Source: a virus (Duplodnaviria; Heunggongvirae; Uroviricota; Caudoviricetes). From it: DNA of 64,000 nt. The DNA lies in IMG/VR virus record IMGVR_UViG_3300026472_000003, positions 82,851 through 146,850 of that record; one strand, written 5' to 3'. The notes under the pieces are model-generated. The model was not told the origin of the DNA. It searched no databases and saw only the letters and a list, made by a program, of their open reading frames with translations. The translations under genes and the position numbers were made by a program. This document shows, one piece after another, positions 1 to 9,487 of the stretch (its first letter is position 1; each line of letters begins with the position of its first letter).

Positions 1-499
1 TTCTCGCGGTAAAGGCAAGTACGACCCAGCGGGTATCTCAACCGGACACGCGATAAACGTACTGGCTAACTTGCGGTTGGCCGGATTTAAAGGTGACCTT
101 GAAGAGGCAGGGAAGGTATCTCACGATGTGACTACCAAGCTGATCAAGGAGTTCTCCGATGCTGCTGGCAAGGACGAAGGTCAGTCTGTTGGTAATGCAG
201 TGAAATTCGCTGCGGTGACCATCGGTGTGAAAGGCAAGACAATTTCCCCAGAGGAATTAGAGGCCGCTGCACGAGAGGCCTACGCGCTCGCTGGTAAGCT
301 CAAGGGCTACATTGAGGCAAACACTCAGGGTGGCGCTCAGAACGCAGCACAGAGAGTCCCAGAGCCGTTAAAACAGGCATCACAGTCTATCGCTCCACCT
401 CCATCAACTTTTGAGCCACCGCTCGACTTCGATGACGATATTCCCTTTGCTCCAGTAGGGTTACAGCACGGAATCAGCTTGCTCCATGCAATGCCGTAA
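1..499 (+). CDS. hypothetical protein, C-terminal part (5' end lies upstream of window)
   Basis: Frame of the 71..499 ORF stays open back to nt 2, and the listed start at 71 is TTG. A convergent terminator follows. Confidence 0.45.
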   Translation, partial: SRGKGKYDPAGISTGHAINVLANLRLAGFKGDLEEAGKVSHDVTTKLIKEFSDAAGKDEGQSVGNAVKFAAVTIGVKGKTISPEELEAAAREAYALAGKLKGYIEANTQGGAQNAAQRVPEPLKQASQSIAPPPSTFEPPLDFDDDIPFAPVGLQHGISLLHAMP

Positions 500-505
500 G
501 ATACA

Positions 506-540
506 AAAACAAAAGGCACCCAATTGGGTGCCTTTTTTAT
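506..540. terminator. bidirectional rho-independent terminator
   Basis: Perfect 18-bp palindrome GGCACCCAATTGGGTGCC (515-532) with an A-run on one side and TTTTTT on the other, between convergent genes. Confidence 0.7.
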
Positions 541-545
541 GGGTG

Positions 546-2249
546 TTAAAGTCTTGCAACCCAGTCAAAACCAACCGCAGCCAGTTCAGCGGCTGAGAGA
601 TTGATAGTGAAAGTAGTAGAGGTTTTATTTGATACCCAAGCAGAAGATGTTAACTTAACGTTTGGGGATACCACTACGAACGGAGTTCCAGACAGTGTGT
701 GTGTTACCACTAGGGAAGTGTTCCCAGCGGGAATGGTCACCGACCCCCCTTTTGAGTAGGAATTTCCATTCAAAGAGGCAATCCACTCCTCCTCTGTCAG
801 AGGTGTCTGCCCACTGGGGACTGTTCCGACATACACAGCATACGCACTTGCCCCAACAAACCCACGATCTCCCGGTGGCCCTTGCTTGCCCTCAAACTCC
901 GTCCAAGCAGACCAAACGCCATCAACATTGTAGCGGATGTATAGGCTGTTGGTGCCGTTCTCAATAGCCAACATTGTGGCATTGTTGGAGGAGGCTGGGA
1001 GGTATACCCCTCTTCCTGCGGCTACAGTTGGGGCATTTTGAGCAGAGACATTGTAGCTAAACAAAGAGCCATAGACCACTAGGTCGAGGTTCTGGACGCT
1101 CTGTGTGGTTCTTCCTGCAACCCCATACTGACTAACAAAAGACCTTACCCCCGACGGAGATATGGCAACATCTGTCGCAGTTCCACTGTTGGAGACAGCC
1201 GCTGTGGCTATGGAATTTATCCATGCCCCCCATACACCTGAAACCATGTATCTTACCCAAGGCAGTTTACTAGCCTCTTGCCAAGCTATCTGGACAAGGT
1301 CGTTTGCGGATTCGGCAATAATCAGACCCTTTCCCTTAGACCCCATGACCGGGCTGTTAAGAGTAGAGGTAGTCCAGGAGAAATATCCATTTACCTTTTC
1401 CAAGTTTAAGTTTGTTGCTGGAATCAGGGTTGTTTTAACACCCACATTTGTAAGGTCTATGGTCTCTCCAGTCCCGAGGGTTAGGTCATTACCTGATAAC
1501 TTGAGTGTTCCTTTCAGAGTCGTGTTACCGCCAACCTCCAATGAGCCTGTAGTTTTAACAGAGGCAGGTGCTATATGCTCCCCATCTACAGAGGTCTGAA
1601 TGCCAATGACTGAGCCAGTTATCTCTAGGTCTTTTACCACCATTTTTTCTTCAACTGTCAAAGTTTTCACTTTCAGTTCGAAAATGGAAGCGTCCCCAGT
1701 GACTATGAGGGTGGTAGCCTCTGCATTTACCATGAGGATATTCGCAAGTATTTTGCTTATCAAACTGTTGACAAATTTTGTGGTTGCTATACTATCGCTG
1801 TTGTCATCTTCATTTACTGTGGGGGCCTCAGGCAAACCTGAGAAAATTGGGCTATCCTTTGTGGCAAACACATCAGAGATCGTTGCAGAGTCAACAATGA
1901 CTTTCCAGTTACCATCGAGGGAAGGATCGGCTGGTAAAAGAACGGGGTTTGTTGCTGTTGCACTAGGGGCATACCACCAAGAAACAGCCCCGGATATTGG
2001 ATTTGTGTAGGCGTATAGTTGGTTGAATACTTCTGTTGTTTCCCCCTCTTCCCAAGGGATGACCGGGGTTTGATAATACAGATTCTCCAGAAGGGCTTTT
2101 CTGAGGGTGGGGATTAAACTCCCATCCTCTACAGAAATAAACTCAAAATAGCTACCATTGATAACCTTATGCATTCTCCCTGCATCGACGATCAATTGGT
2201 CAATGGCGTCGGCAGTGTTTGTGGAAAATGCCATAGAGATGTCAGACAT
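546..2249 (-). CDS. tail fibre protein (contains collagen-like Gly-X-Y stretch GKQGPPGDRGFVG)
   Basis: 567 aa, S/T/G/N-rich, last gene of the tail-fibre block. Collagen-like motif seen in the translation. Confidence 0.55.
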   Translation of the reverse strand: MSDISMAFSTNTADAIDQLIVDAGRMHKVINGSYFEFISVEDGSLIPTLRKALLENLYYQTPVIPWEEGETTEVFNQLYAYTNPISGAVSWWYAPSATATNPVLLPADPSLDGNWKVIVDSATISDVFATKDSPIFSGLPEAPTVNEDDNSDSIATTKFVNSLISKILANILMVNAEATTLIVTGDASIFELKVKTLTVEEKMVVKDLEITGSVIGIQTSVDGEHIAPASVKTTGSLEVGGNTTLKGTLKLSGNDLTLGTGETIDLTNVGVKTTLIPATNLNLEKVNGYFSWTTSTLNSPVMGSKGKGLIIAESANDLVQIAWQEASKLPWVRYMVSGVWGAWINSIATAAVSNSGTATDVAISPSGVRSFVSQYGVAGRTTQSVQNLDLVVYGSLFSYNVSAQNAPTVAAGRGVYLPASSNNATMLAIENGTNSLYIRYNVDGVWSAWTEFEGKQGPPGDRGFVGASAYAVYVGTVPSGQTPLTEEEWIASLNGNSYSKGGSVTIPAGNTSLVVTHTLSGTPFVVVSPNVKLTSSAWVSNKTSTTFTINLSAAELAAVGFDWVARL

Positions 2250-2260
2250 GAGATATCCTC

Positions 2261-2527
2261 TTATTGATTTTCATCTTGTAAAGTTGATGGTTTGTGATGG
2301 TGCGGGTTGACCCCGTACCTCAGGGAGATCAACTTACTGATTAGGTGGGGGGCTGCTACAGTTGGGGCATAAACCCAGAGATACCATTCGGTAAGGGTTC
2401 CATTGAAACCCCAGTATAGGAATACTGCTGTCATTGCTGCCATACCGATGTTGCTCCACAGTTTCGTGTGCGAGGCTTTTTCTCCGTCGGCTTGAGACCT
2501 TACAAGGTCTTTTAGGAATTTTAACAT
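2261..2527 (-). CDS. small membrane protein
   Basis: 88 aa with one hydrophobic segment (MAAMTAVFLYWGF). Sits between tail-fibre genes. Confidence 0.35.
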   Translation of the reverse strand: MLKFLKDLVRSQADGEKASHTKLWSNIGMAAMTAVFLYWGFNGTLTEWYLWVYAPTVAAPHLISKLISLRYGVNPHHHKPSTLQDENQ

Positions 2528-2542
2528 AAACCCTCAGAAATT

Positions 2543-3016
2543 TCAACGGACTATAAGATGGATAAAGCGAGCTAGGATCAAGAGGCTTAGGATAGTCACT
2601 GTCTTCAACCACTCTCTTATCGTGGTGTCTTTAAGAGTCGCACACAGGATAACCACCTCCATCATAGATGGGTAAGCATCACTTATTGCAAAGGGAAGCA
2701 ACCAAGGAAGTATCAGTGGGTATTGCATTGCGGTCATCTGGACAAATAAGATGGGGATTGTCAGCGCCAGAGTAAACTTCTTGGCCCAGCCCTCTAACAC
2801 GCAAGCCGACGAGAATATCAACATTATGTCAAGAAACCAGCACCCAGTCAGGTATAAACTCAGGTCGAAGAAGATGGGGTTCGAAAGAAACCAATAGTAC
2901 AGCCCATTTTCAAAGATAATATGGGTCATGCCGAACAAGGCCACGTACCTCATATTTTTATCCACATTAAATAACAACACCGCAAAGCACAAAAAGTACA
3001 ATACGGTTATTATCAT
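2543..3016 (-). CDS. polytopic membrane protein (4-5 predicted TM helices)
   Basis: 157 aa, very hydrophobic. Overlaps the next gene by ATGA. Confidence 0.4.
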   Translation of the reverse strand: MIITVLYFLCFAVLLFNVDKNMRYVALFGMTHIIFENGLYYWFLSNPIFFDLSLYLTGCWFLDIMLIFSSACVLEGWAKKFTLALTIPILFVQMTAMQYPLILPWLLPFAISDAYPSMMEVVILCATLKDTTIREWLKTVTILSLLILARFIHLIVR

Positions 3017-3327
3017 CTCGTCTGGGCATCCATCAGGAGTCTGAACTGTCTGCTCAGATCTTGCTTCAAATCCACCACATCATCCTTGATGTCTTTCTTC
3101 AAATCTGAAACGTCGTCTCGGATCGTTTTCAATTTTTTGTCAAGAATATCGTCCAGTTTTTCTTTTGTGACCATTTCAGCTTTTATCCTGATAATGTCTT
3201 TATCCAATTCGTCAAGGCGGGTCTGGGTTTTTTTATAATCCGAGTAGACCACCCTCAGAACCCCGATGAGGGCAAAAGACACTACTGCCCATGCCGCCTT
3301 TAATACTGCAAAAAGGTCAATAGTCAT
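3013..3327 (-). CDS. membrane-anchored coiled-coil protein
   Basis: N-terminal TM segment followed by a K/D-rich heptad-like region. Confidence 0.4.
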   Translation of the reverse strand: MTIDLFAVLKAAWAVVSFALIGVLRVVYSDYKKTQTRLDELDKDIIRIKAEMVTKEKLDDILDKKLKTIRDDVSDLKKDIKDDVVDLKQDLSRQFRLLMDAQTR

Positions 3328-3719
3328 ACACCCTCACATTTTATTTTAGGTCTGAGGATCGAGAGGCACTCTCTTATCCCTTTTTCAACCTGGAGGTAAT
3401 CCTCCGCTATGTCTTTTTTGTTTTCGTTACCAAAAGACACGGAGAGTTCAAGAATATTCTTCTCTAAAAGAAGATCAGAAAGTCTCCTTTTCGCCGCAGA
3501 GACCCCCATCTCAGAGTTTATCTTTGGTTTTTTCCAAACTGCTTTTTTATCAGCCGATAACTCGATCTCAGAGCCACCTTTCTCCATGAAATCTTCATAC
3601 TCTTCTTGGGAGTAGGGGGTGTATGCCTCGGGCCAACTTCCGGCCTCCCTGTAGAGTTCTTCTAGGGAGGCCGGATAAAATCGGAGAGTCTTATGACAGA
3701 AAACATAGTCAGGTTTCAT
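3324..3719 (-). CDS. hypothetical protein
   Basis: 131-aa ORF, translationally coupled to its neighbours. Confidence 0.4.
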   Translation of the reverse strand: MKPDYVFCHKTLRFYPASLEELYREAGSWPEAYTPYSQEEYEDFMEKGGSEIELSADKKAVWKKPKINSEMGVSAAKRRLSDLLLEKNILELSVSFGNENKKDIAEDYLQVEKGIRECLSILRPKIKCEGV

Positions 3720-4751
3720 TTAGTGTCCTATTGCGAATATAACGCAGCGGATACCTGTGTCCCAAGTATTAGCTCCAGACCACTGAGTTTGAACTCTACA
3801 TCCATTTTTGTCAAACCCTGCAACAACCCCCCAAGCATCCGCACCAGAGGATTCTGCTTGTGTTTGGGTTCCAGTGTTGACGGAAAGGCAAGCATTGGGA
3901 AAGGCAATGGGGAACGAAACTGTCTCTAACCTCTCATCATTGTAAGACCTCCAAGAACCATAAGTCCATTGAAAGATCATCCCTGTGCTATTATCTCTCC
4001 ACCAACCCCTTGCATTTTTAGATGCTTCTGTGGTTGCAGGTAAAGTAATATCCCCATTAATATCCGCCTCATTACCATTCACAGACCTTGCTATATTTTT
4101 ACCTGCAACAGTGGCTGTCTCTTGGACAGTGAGGGTTTTGCTAGATGCTTCCCCAGACACCTCAGAACTTCCCGTCACCTCTAGTTTAGATGCACCCAAG
4201 GTTGCAGGAGATATGATAGACCCATCCGATTGGATATGTACCTTCCCAGACTCGACCCCTTGATCGTCAACGCTCTTGAATACAAAACCACCTGTACCCC
4301 GATTGATAAGGTAGGATGTCTTGGTACTCAGTGCATCAGACCAGAGGATAGACAACCCTTCGGAAGTGTCAATCTCAGTGTGTCCTCCTATTTTCAACCC
4401 CCCAGTCAAACTACCACCGGAAAGTTTTAAATACCTATCGTCTGACTCCTTCGTAGAATAAACTTCCAAGTTTAACCGGGCAGTAGGGATGTCTGAGAGA
4501 TCAGCTAATGCCCCATCCTTCTTCAAGAAATTCAGCCCCATAGAGGGGATTTCTTCCTCTTCTATGTATTTTAACCAACTGGAGAGCATAAACCAGACGT
4601 AATTCCAAGCCTGGCAATCTGGCTTCTGGCCTAAATCATAACCTTTTCGCCACAGGTCGGTTATAGGACGAACTTTGTTTTCTGTTAGTGCATTGGGGAG
4701 TTGGTAAGTTTCTTCTGCCCACACCTCTAACTCAATATCTGGCTTTGCCAT
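3720..4751 (-). CDS. tail fibre / receptor-binding protein
   Basis: 343 aa, G/S/T-rich, immediately downstream of the baseplate wedge genes. Confidence 0.45.
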   Translation of the reverse strand: MAKPDIELEVWAEETYQLPNALTENKVRPITDLWRKGYDLGQKPDCQAWNYVWFMLSSWLKYIEEEEIPSMGLNFLKKDGALADLSDIPTARLNLEVYSTKESDDRYLKLSGGSLTGGLKIGGHTEIDTSEGLSILWSDALSTKTSYLINRGTGGFVFKSVDDQGVESGKVHIQSDGSIISPATLGASKLEVTGSSEVSGEASSKTLTVQETATVAGKNIARSVNGNEADINGDITLPATTEASKNARGWWRDNSTGMIFQWTYGSWRSYNDERLETVSFPIAFPNACLSVNTGTQTQAESSGADAWGVVAGFDKNGCRVQTQWSGANTWDTGIRCVIFAIGH

Positions 4752-4767
4752 TCTTATCTCCGATTTA

Positions 4768-5394
4768 TTATTTTGTATTCATCATGTCTGAGGTGTATAC
4801 TAGACTTACCAACCCGCCTTGACGGGAAACTTCCTCGGGAGAGGCGACAGAAGAGAAACCAACAGAGTCGGAAGACCCACTGAAACCAAAAGACCTCCCA
4901 TATGACTCCACTAGTCTTAAATGAGTTGGCAAAGGAAGCATATCAGTTATCTCTTCTAGTAGGTCTTCTAACTTGAAACAGGTCGATTTGACATGTATGT
5001 CAAATCTATAATTTTCCCCTTTCCAAGTTTTGAAGTTCCCTTCTCCAAACAGTTGTGTTAAGGTTTGAATAACCTCAGGGCGAGTCCCATGATTTGAAGC
5101 ACTAGCTAAAAGAATAGTTATTTTTGCTCGGTAACTATCGTCATCCATGCCGTTTCTTTCAATGCTTAATTGCCGACCTATCTCATCCAGATTCTTATAC
5201 CCTGCGTTAGCAAGAAGACGACCCTCTGCGAGGTTTACGAGCATTTCGTCTACTCTTTTTAACCTCTCAAGATACACACTCAGAAATGTAACCAGGTTTT
5301 GTTTATCTTTTAAGAAATCCCCTGGGAGGTAATTAATCCCGCCTTCCACAAACTCATCCAGGGGATGGATATGATTAACATCTGTTAGACTCAT
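4768..5394 (-). CDS. baseplate wedge protein (P2 gpI / Mu gp48-like position)
   Basis: 208 aa, directly downstream of the baseplate-J-like gene. Confidence 0.3.
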   Translation of the reverse strand: MSLTDVNHIHPLDEFVEGGINYLPGDFLKDKQNLVTFLSVYLERLKRVDEMLVNLAEGRLLANAGYKNLDEIGRQLSIERNGMDDDSYRAKITILLASASNHGTRPEVIQTLTQLFGEGNFKTWKGENYRFDIHVKSTCFKLEDLLEEITDMLPLPTHLRLVESYGRSFGFSGSSDSVGFSSVASPEEVSRQGGLVSLVYTSDMMNTK

Positions 5395-5404
5395 TGTTAA
5401 CCTC

Positions 5405-6904
5405 TCAAATTATTTGTTGGAACAGAATATTGCCAACATCTAATGCAAACACCTCCCTCATGGAGAGGGTAAGATCCGACGTGGTGTACTCCGAGATGTC
5501 CTCACTGGTTTTTTTAACAGAGGCCACTAATTGAGTAAATCTCCCTGTGGGAACTGCTCCGGCTACGGCAGACACCAATTGAATATTGTAAAGTGTTCCA
5601 GCTACCGTGAGGCCATCCGTCAAGGACTTTATAGCTTGTCGGATACTATCCTGCTCCGTAGAGGACAAGGTTTTTCCTCTATAGCTGACCAAGACGTTAT
5701 AGTTTGTGGCTGTGGCCTTGCTGTGGTATATTCTTTCAAAACCGTCGTCTTCGGTGGGGACGTCATAGAAGGTATTTCCGAAAGTTGCATTTGACAGCGC
5801 CATTGTTTCGTAGATTGCCTTACTTACATCCTCAGTCACCCCCCCATAGACAACCGCTTCAAACTTATATGGAGGGATTCCATACTGGTCTACTACGTCG
5901 GTGTTGTTAGAGAATAGTCTCACTTTTTGAACTCCGTCAACTGCCCTGATTGCAGAGATTATGGCGGGACGGGTAGCTTTTGATGCTTGAGCTGTTATAT
6001 CAAGAGACCTGAGTTTATACTCGTTATCTGTTTCTACATCTGTTCCATCAGCAAAAGCAGAGAGGTTGGATAAGGAGATAAACCCACTTGGTGTAGGAGA
6101 GATCTGGGATACACTCCCCGCTTCCCTTGAAAGAACCCCGGCCTCCACTGCAACCACTTCCATCTGGAGTGTTCTTTGGCCCATGATAGGTGAAGATTGG
6201 AAATCCACCCTACTATTCAGCCCAACAATGGTTTTGTTATTGTCATACCCTATGTACAGGCCCCCGGCCTCGGAGTCAACAAAGACCAGATCTTCATTCA
6301 GGTCGCTGGTATTCTGGACAATAAAATTCTTTACACTGTACAAGAACTCATTAAGAACACTGCTGTTGGGGGTTTTGTCCCTTAATGTCAAGACAAGAGT
6401 TTTAGTCGCGTTATCTGTGGAGTTAACAATCTGGAATGTATATCTCCCTATCACAAGATCAGCGTTAAGCATTCTTTGCGCGATAAGTCTTCCAGCGACC
6501 GCTGTTGGGGCCGTCAATATGAAGGCCCCATTGTCAACAGTGAATGATTCTTGGTTGTAGATTAAGGAGTAGGGGACAGTGTTGTTCACTGTCATCTCTA
6601 CACTGCCTGTACTTTTTGTTTTCCCTCTCCGGTAGATACCCCTACGTCCTAGCAGCTCATCAAGGTATAATCCCTCGGCACCCGCAAGGGTGCCGGAGGA
6701 ATAGATAGATGATGCCAGCAAGATAAGCTGGTACTCTCTCTCGTTAAGAATTGTAGTGAGCTTATCAAGGACAGAGCTTGATTGTGTGTTGAAAGTCTCC
6801 CCGAAAGCGGAGATCAGAGCTTCCTTTGTCTCTTGCACCAAGGAATCAAGGGTTGGGAGAGTGAAGCCATACCCAGATAACCCATACTTTACGTTTGTTG
6901 ACAA
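5405..6904 (-). CDS. baseplate J-like protein
   Basis: 499 aa. N-terminus (FTLPTLDSLVQETKEALISAFGETF) resembles the Baseplate_J family start. Position fits the wedge module. Confidence 0.45.
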   Translation of the reverse strand: MSTNVKYGLSGYGFTLPTLDSLVQETKEALISAFGETFNTQSSSVLDKLTTILNEREYQLILLASSIYSSGTLAGAEGLYLDELLGRRGIYRRGKTKSTGSVEMTVNNTVPYSLIYNQESFTVDNGAFILTAPTAVAGRLIAQRMLNADLVIGRYTFQIVNSTDNATKTLVLTLRDKTPNSSVLNEFLYSVKNFIVQNTSDLNEDLVFVDSEAGGLYIGYDNNKTIVGLNSRVDFQSSPIMGQRTLQMEVVAVEAGVLSREAGSVSQISPTPSGFISLSNLSAFADGTDVETDNEYKLRSLDITAQASKATRPAIISAIRAVDGVQKVRLFSNNTDVVDQYGIPPYKFEAVVYGGVTEDVSKAIYETMALSNATFGNTFYDVPTEDDGFERIYHSKATATNYNVLVSYRGKTLSSTEQDSIRQAIKSLTDGLTVAGTLYNIQLVSAVAGAVPTGRFTQLVASVKKTSEDISEYTTSDLTLSMREVFALDVGNILFQQII

Positions 6905-6972
6905 GATGCCTCCTTTGTTAATCTATAATAACACGAATAAGAAAAAAACTCCAGCACGGAATGTTGACGGGG

Positions 6973-8109
6973 TTATTTGAGCTTATAAACTTTAATCTCA
7001 ACATGGGCTGAGATAAGAGAAACTAATTTGATAGCCACTTGAGCTGTACCCAAGACGCCAGAGCTTCCGAATATTGTTACTTGGTCTGTAGACCCAATCA
7101 ACTCAGTGTCCGCTCTACCTATGCCGGTGTTGAGGGTTATGGCTGTTCCTGTCCTTGTAGTTACCGCTATACCCTTTTGCCCAGTCAACTCGACTACGGT
7201 CACAGGGAATGTTGTAGAAAATACCCCAGAGGAGGAGGTAGAGGTAATAGAGAAAACATAGCTCCCTGTAGATGACACCTGCGTCCTATCTAAGGTCATG
7301 AGGTGACAAGCCGCGCCCGGCATCAAAGATCCTGACTGCTCTATGGATACATCTCCAGTAACCACAGCAGTCTGTGGAGAGATACCAAAACTACTTATAG
7401 ATTTAGAGGAGATTTCCAAAGAACCTATCAGGGGCGGTAGCGCATATCTATTTATCTCTTGGATATTAGGGCCTTTATTATTTCTAATCGCAACAGAACT
7501 GACGGAGCTACCTCCCGTGGTAGCTCCGGTAGTCCCCAGGCCTAAGAGATTTGTGTTTTCCGCGTTGATAGTGTTGTCCACTATAGATATACTGTTTTTT
7601 TCTGTATTAAGAGTGTTGATAGTACTATCAACCCCGTATACCGTTGCCCCAGGTGCATTTATTGTGTTTTTTGAAATACTTATGCTTTTTCCTTTTTTAC
7701 TAGAATCTGATATTCGGATTAAATCCAAAATCCCACCCGCCTTCTTGACCCCAAACTTGCTGTTCCTAACTTCTACGTTTTCCGCCGAATATCCATTACG
7801 ACGAGATGTTGGGAGAGCAATGACCTCAACAGTGCAGTTATCCATTACTAGGTTTGACATAGATTTTACATGGGCAGACAACAAGTGCTCTTGTGAAATA
7901 TGGTAGCTTGGGTAGTCGAAGGGGTCATATCCTAATGACTGCATCCTAGTTACAAAATCATCCTCATAAGTATGTTCGTGGTTTAAGATGGTAATGTTTG
8001 AAGACGTCTTTACTTTTAAAGCACAGTTACGGGAAGGTGTGGACATCTCCCTAAACATAAATTTATTAATACATTTGTTGTTATCCATGTGGGTATGCAC
8101 CGATGCCAT
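6973..8109 (-). CDS. tail fibre/spike-like protein with beta-helix-type repeats
   Basis: 378 aa with repeated N-T-I / S-I-S motifs. Confidence 0.35.
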   Translation of the reverse strand: MASVHTHMDNNKCINKFMFREMSTPSRNCALKVKTSSNITILNHEHTYEDDFVTRMQSLGYDPFDYPSYHISQEHLLSAHVKSMSNLVMDNCTVEVIALPTSRRNGYSAENVEVRNSKFGVKKAGGILDLIRISDSSKKGKSISISKNTINAPGATVYGVDSTINTLNTEKNSISIVDNTINAENTNLLGLGTTGATTGGSSVSSVAIRNNKGPNIQEINRYALPPLIGSLEISSKSISSFGISPQTAVVTGDVSIEQSGSLMPGAACHLMTLDRTQVSSTGSYVFSITSTSSSGVFSTTFPVTVVELTGQKGIAVTTRTGTAITLNTGIGRADTELIGSTDQVTIFGSSGVLGTAQVAIKLVSLISAHVEIKVYKLK

Positions 8110-8153
8110 ATAAATATCATAACAGCCATCCGTTGTTTGGGCAGTCCCTGGAT

Positions 8154-9470
8154 TTAGTACAAGAAGATTTTTACGAAGTTGTTCACATAGTTGATTCTGA
8201 AATTTTTTGCTACAACGAGAGCCACATAGCTGGTCTCTCTATTAGAAGGTGTGGCATCGTAGCCAAAGGGGTTAATAAGAGTATTACCATCAACAGTAGC
8301 TAGTTGTTTTGTCCCGACAACATCCCAGAAGTTAGTAGACTCGTTGACAACATTATCAAATAAGAAAGTACCTTTAGCATTAGAGAGGGTGTTACCTTTA
8401 ACACTCAAAGTGTCATAGGCAACGTTAATTAGCCGTACCATTGCATCATCGGTATTTTTATAGGTGTTGTTATCTATTTTAATAGTACTACACTTAGCCT
8501 CACCCGCCGAAGTTTGTGCAATGTTAGAGTTTGAATGTAAAACCACTCTTACATATCCATCAATGGTGTTACCACACTGGTACACTGAATTTATTTGAGT
8601 ATCTCTATTAAATTTAGTAGTAACTAAATGTGCTCCTCTATCAATCCCTGTGCAGGTGATGTTATTAGTGTCACAAGTGTAATTACCCATAGGGTTAACA
8701 GTAAAGTACTCTCCAGGAGTTAAATACAAAACTCCTTCTTTAGTACCTTTGATGATTAAATTGTCCAGAGCCATTGTGTTTGACCCGTATACTACAGGTG
8801 CAATGTATAGACTTTTATCCACTACTAAAGTTAGACTTTTACCCCCTTTGGCAATAAAACCAAGAATTAAATCCCTGTTACTTTCAGCTTTAGAAGCGTC
8901 ATTGTAAATAAGACCTAATGTCTTTGAGGTTTCATACATACCATAGGTTTTATCAGAAACACTTTGCAGGGTGTCCTCTAATTTATAGTAGCTGACCTTA
9001 GTCCAAAGAGACCCTGAATCCCTAGGGGAACTATTCATAGATACATGTACTGGGAACTCCCCAGTGTATCTGTACCATACTCCTTCGAAACAGACTATTT
9101 CATTAGAGTAGTGGCTAATGAACCCCCTCCTGAAGTCAAAGGATGTTTTTACATACTCCTCTCTTTCTACAGCTAACTCTGCCAAATTTAAAGTACCTAA
9201 AGAGTACGTAAGTACCCCTGTAGAACTAAGACCAGTCACAACACCTTCTATACCTTCTGGCAGCATAAAACTTCTTTGCCTAGAAGGATCATATAAAACT
9301 TTATACCCATTTAATGGGGTACTCTCTTGGGCATAGCAGATTTCTTTCTGCTTAATGCCAAAGTGACGGGCAATAGATTGTTTGTTGACACTCTTAGCCA
9401 CTGGACCTGTCGGTTGGTTCATTTGTTTCATCATAAGTGCAATCTCATGTTGTAGTTTTATAAAAGCCAT
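8154..9470 (-). CDS. tail fibre/spike protein
   Basis: 438 aa, N/T/G-rich, within the fibre block. Confidence 0.35.
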   Translation of the reverse strand: MAFIKLQHEIALMMKQMNQPTGPVAKSVNKQSIARHFGIKQKEICYAQESTPLNGYKVLYDPSRQRSFMLPEGIEGVVTGLSSTGVLTYSLGTLNLAELAVEREEYVKTSFDFRRGFISHYSNEIVCFEGVWYRYTGEFPVHVSMNSSPRDSGSLWTKVSYYKLEDTLQSVSDKTYGMYETSKTLGLIYNDASKAESNRDLILGFIAKGGKSLTLVVDKSLYIAPVVYGSNTMALDNLIIKGTKEGVLYLTPGEYFTVNPMGNYTCDTNNITCTGIDRGAHLVTTKFNRDTQINSVYQCGNTIDGYVRVVLHSNSNIAQTSAGEAKCSTIKIDNNTYKNTDDAMVRLINVAYDTLSVKGNTLSNAKGTFLFDNVVNESTNFWDVVGTKQLATVDGNTLINPFGYDATPSNRETSYVALVVAKNFRINYVNNFVKIFLY

Positions 9471-9487
9471 CCTTGGCGTTACTTAAC

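Noticed and set aside
1162-2010. Plus-strand ORFs 1162..1599 and 1600..2010
   Set aside because: Antisense to the 567-aa tail fibre gene, with low-complexity translations. The long minus-strand ORF explains the region.
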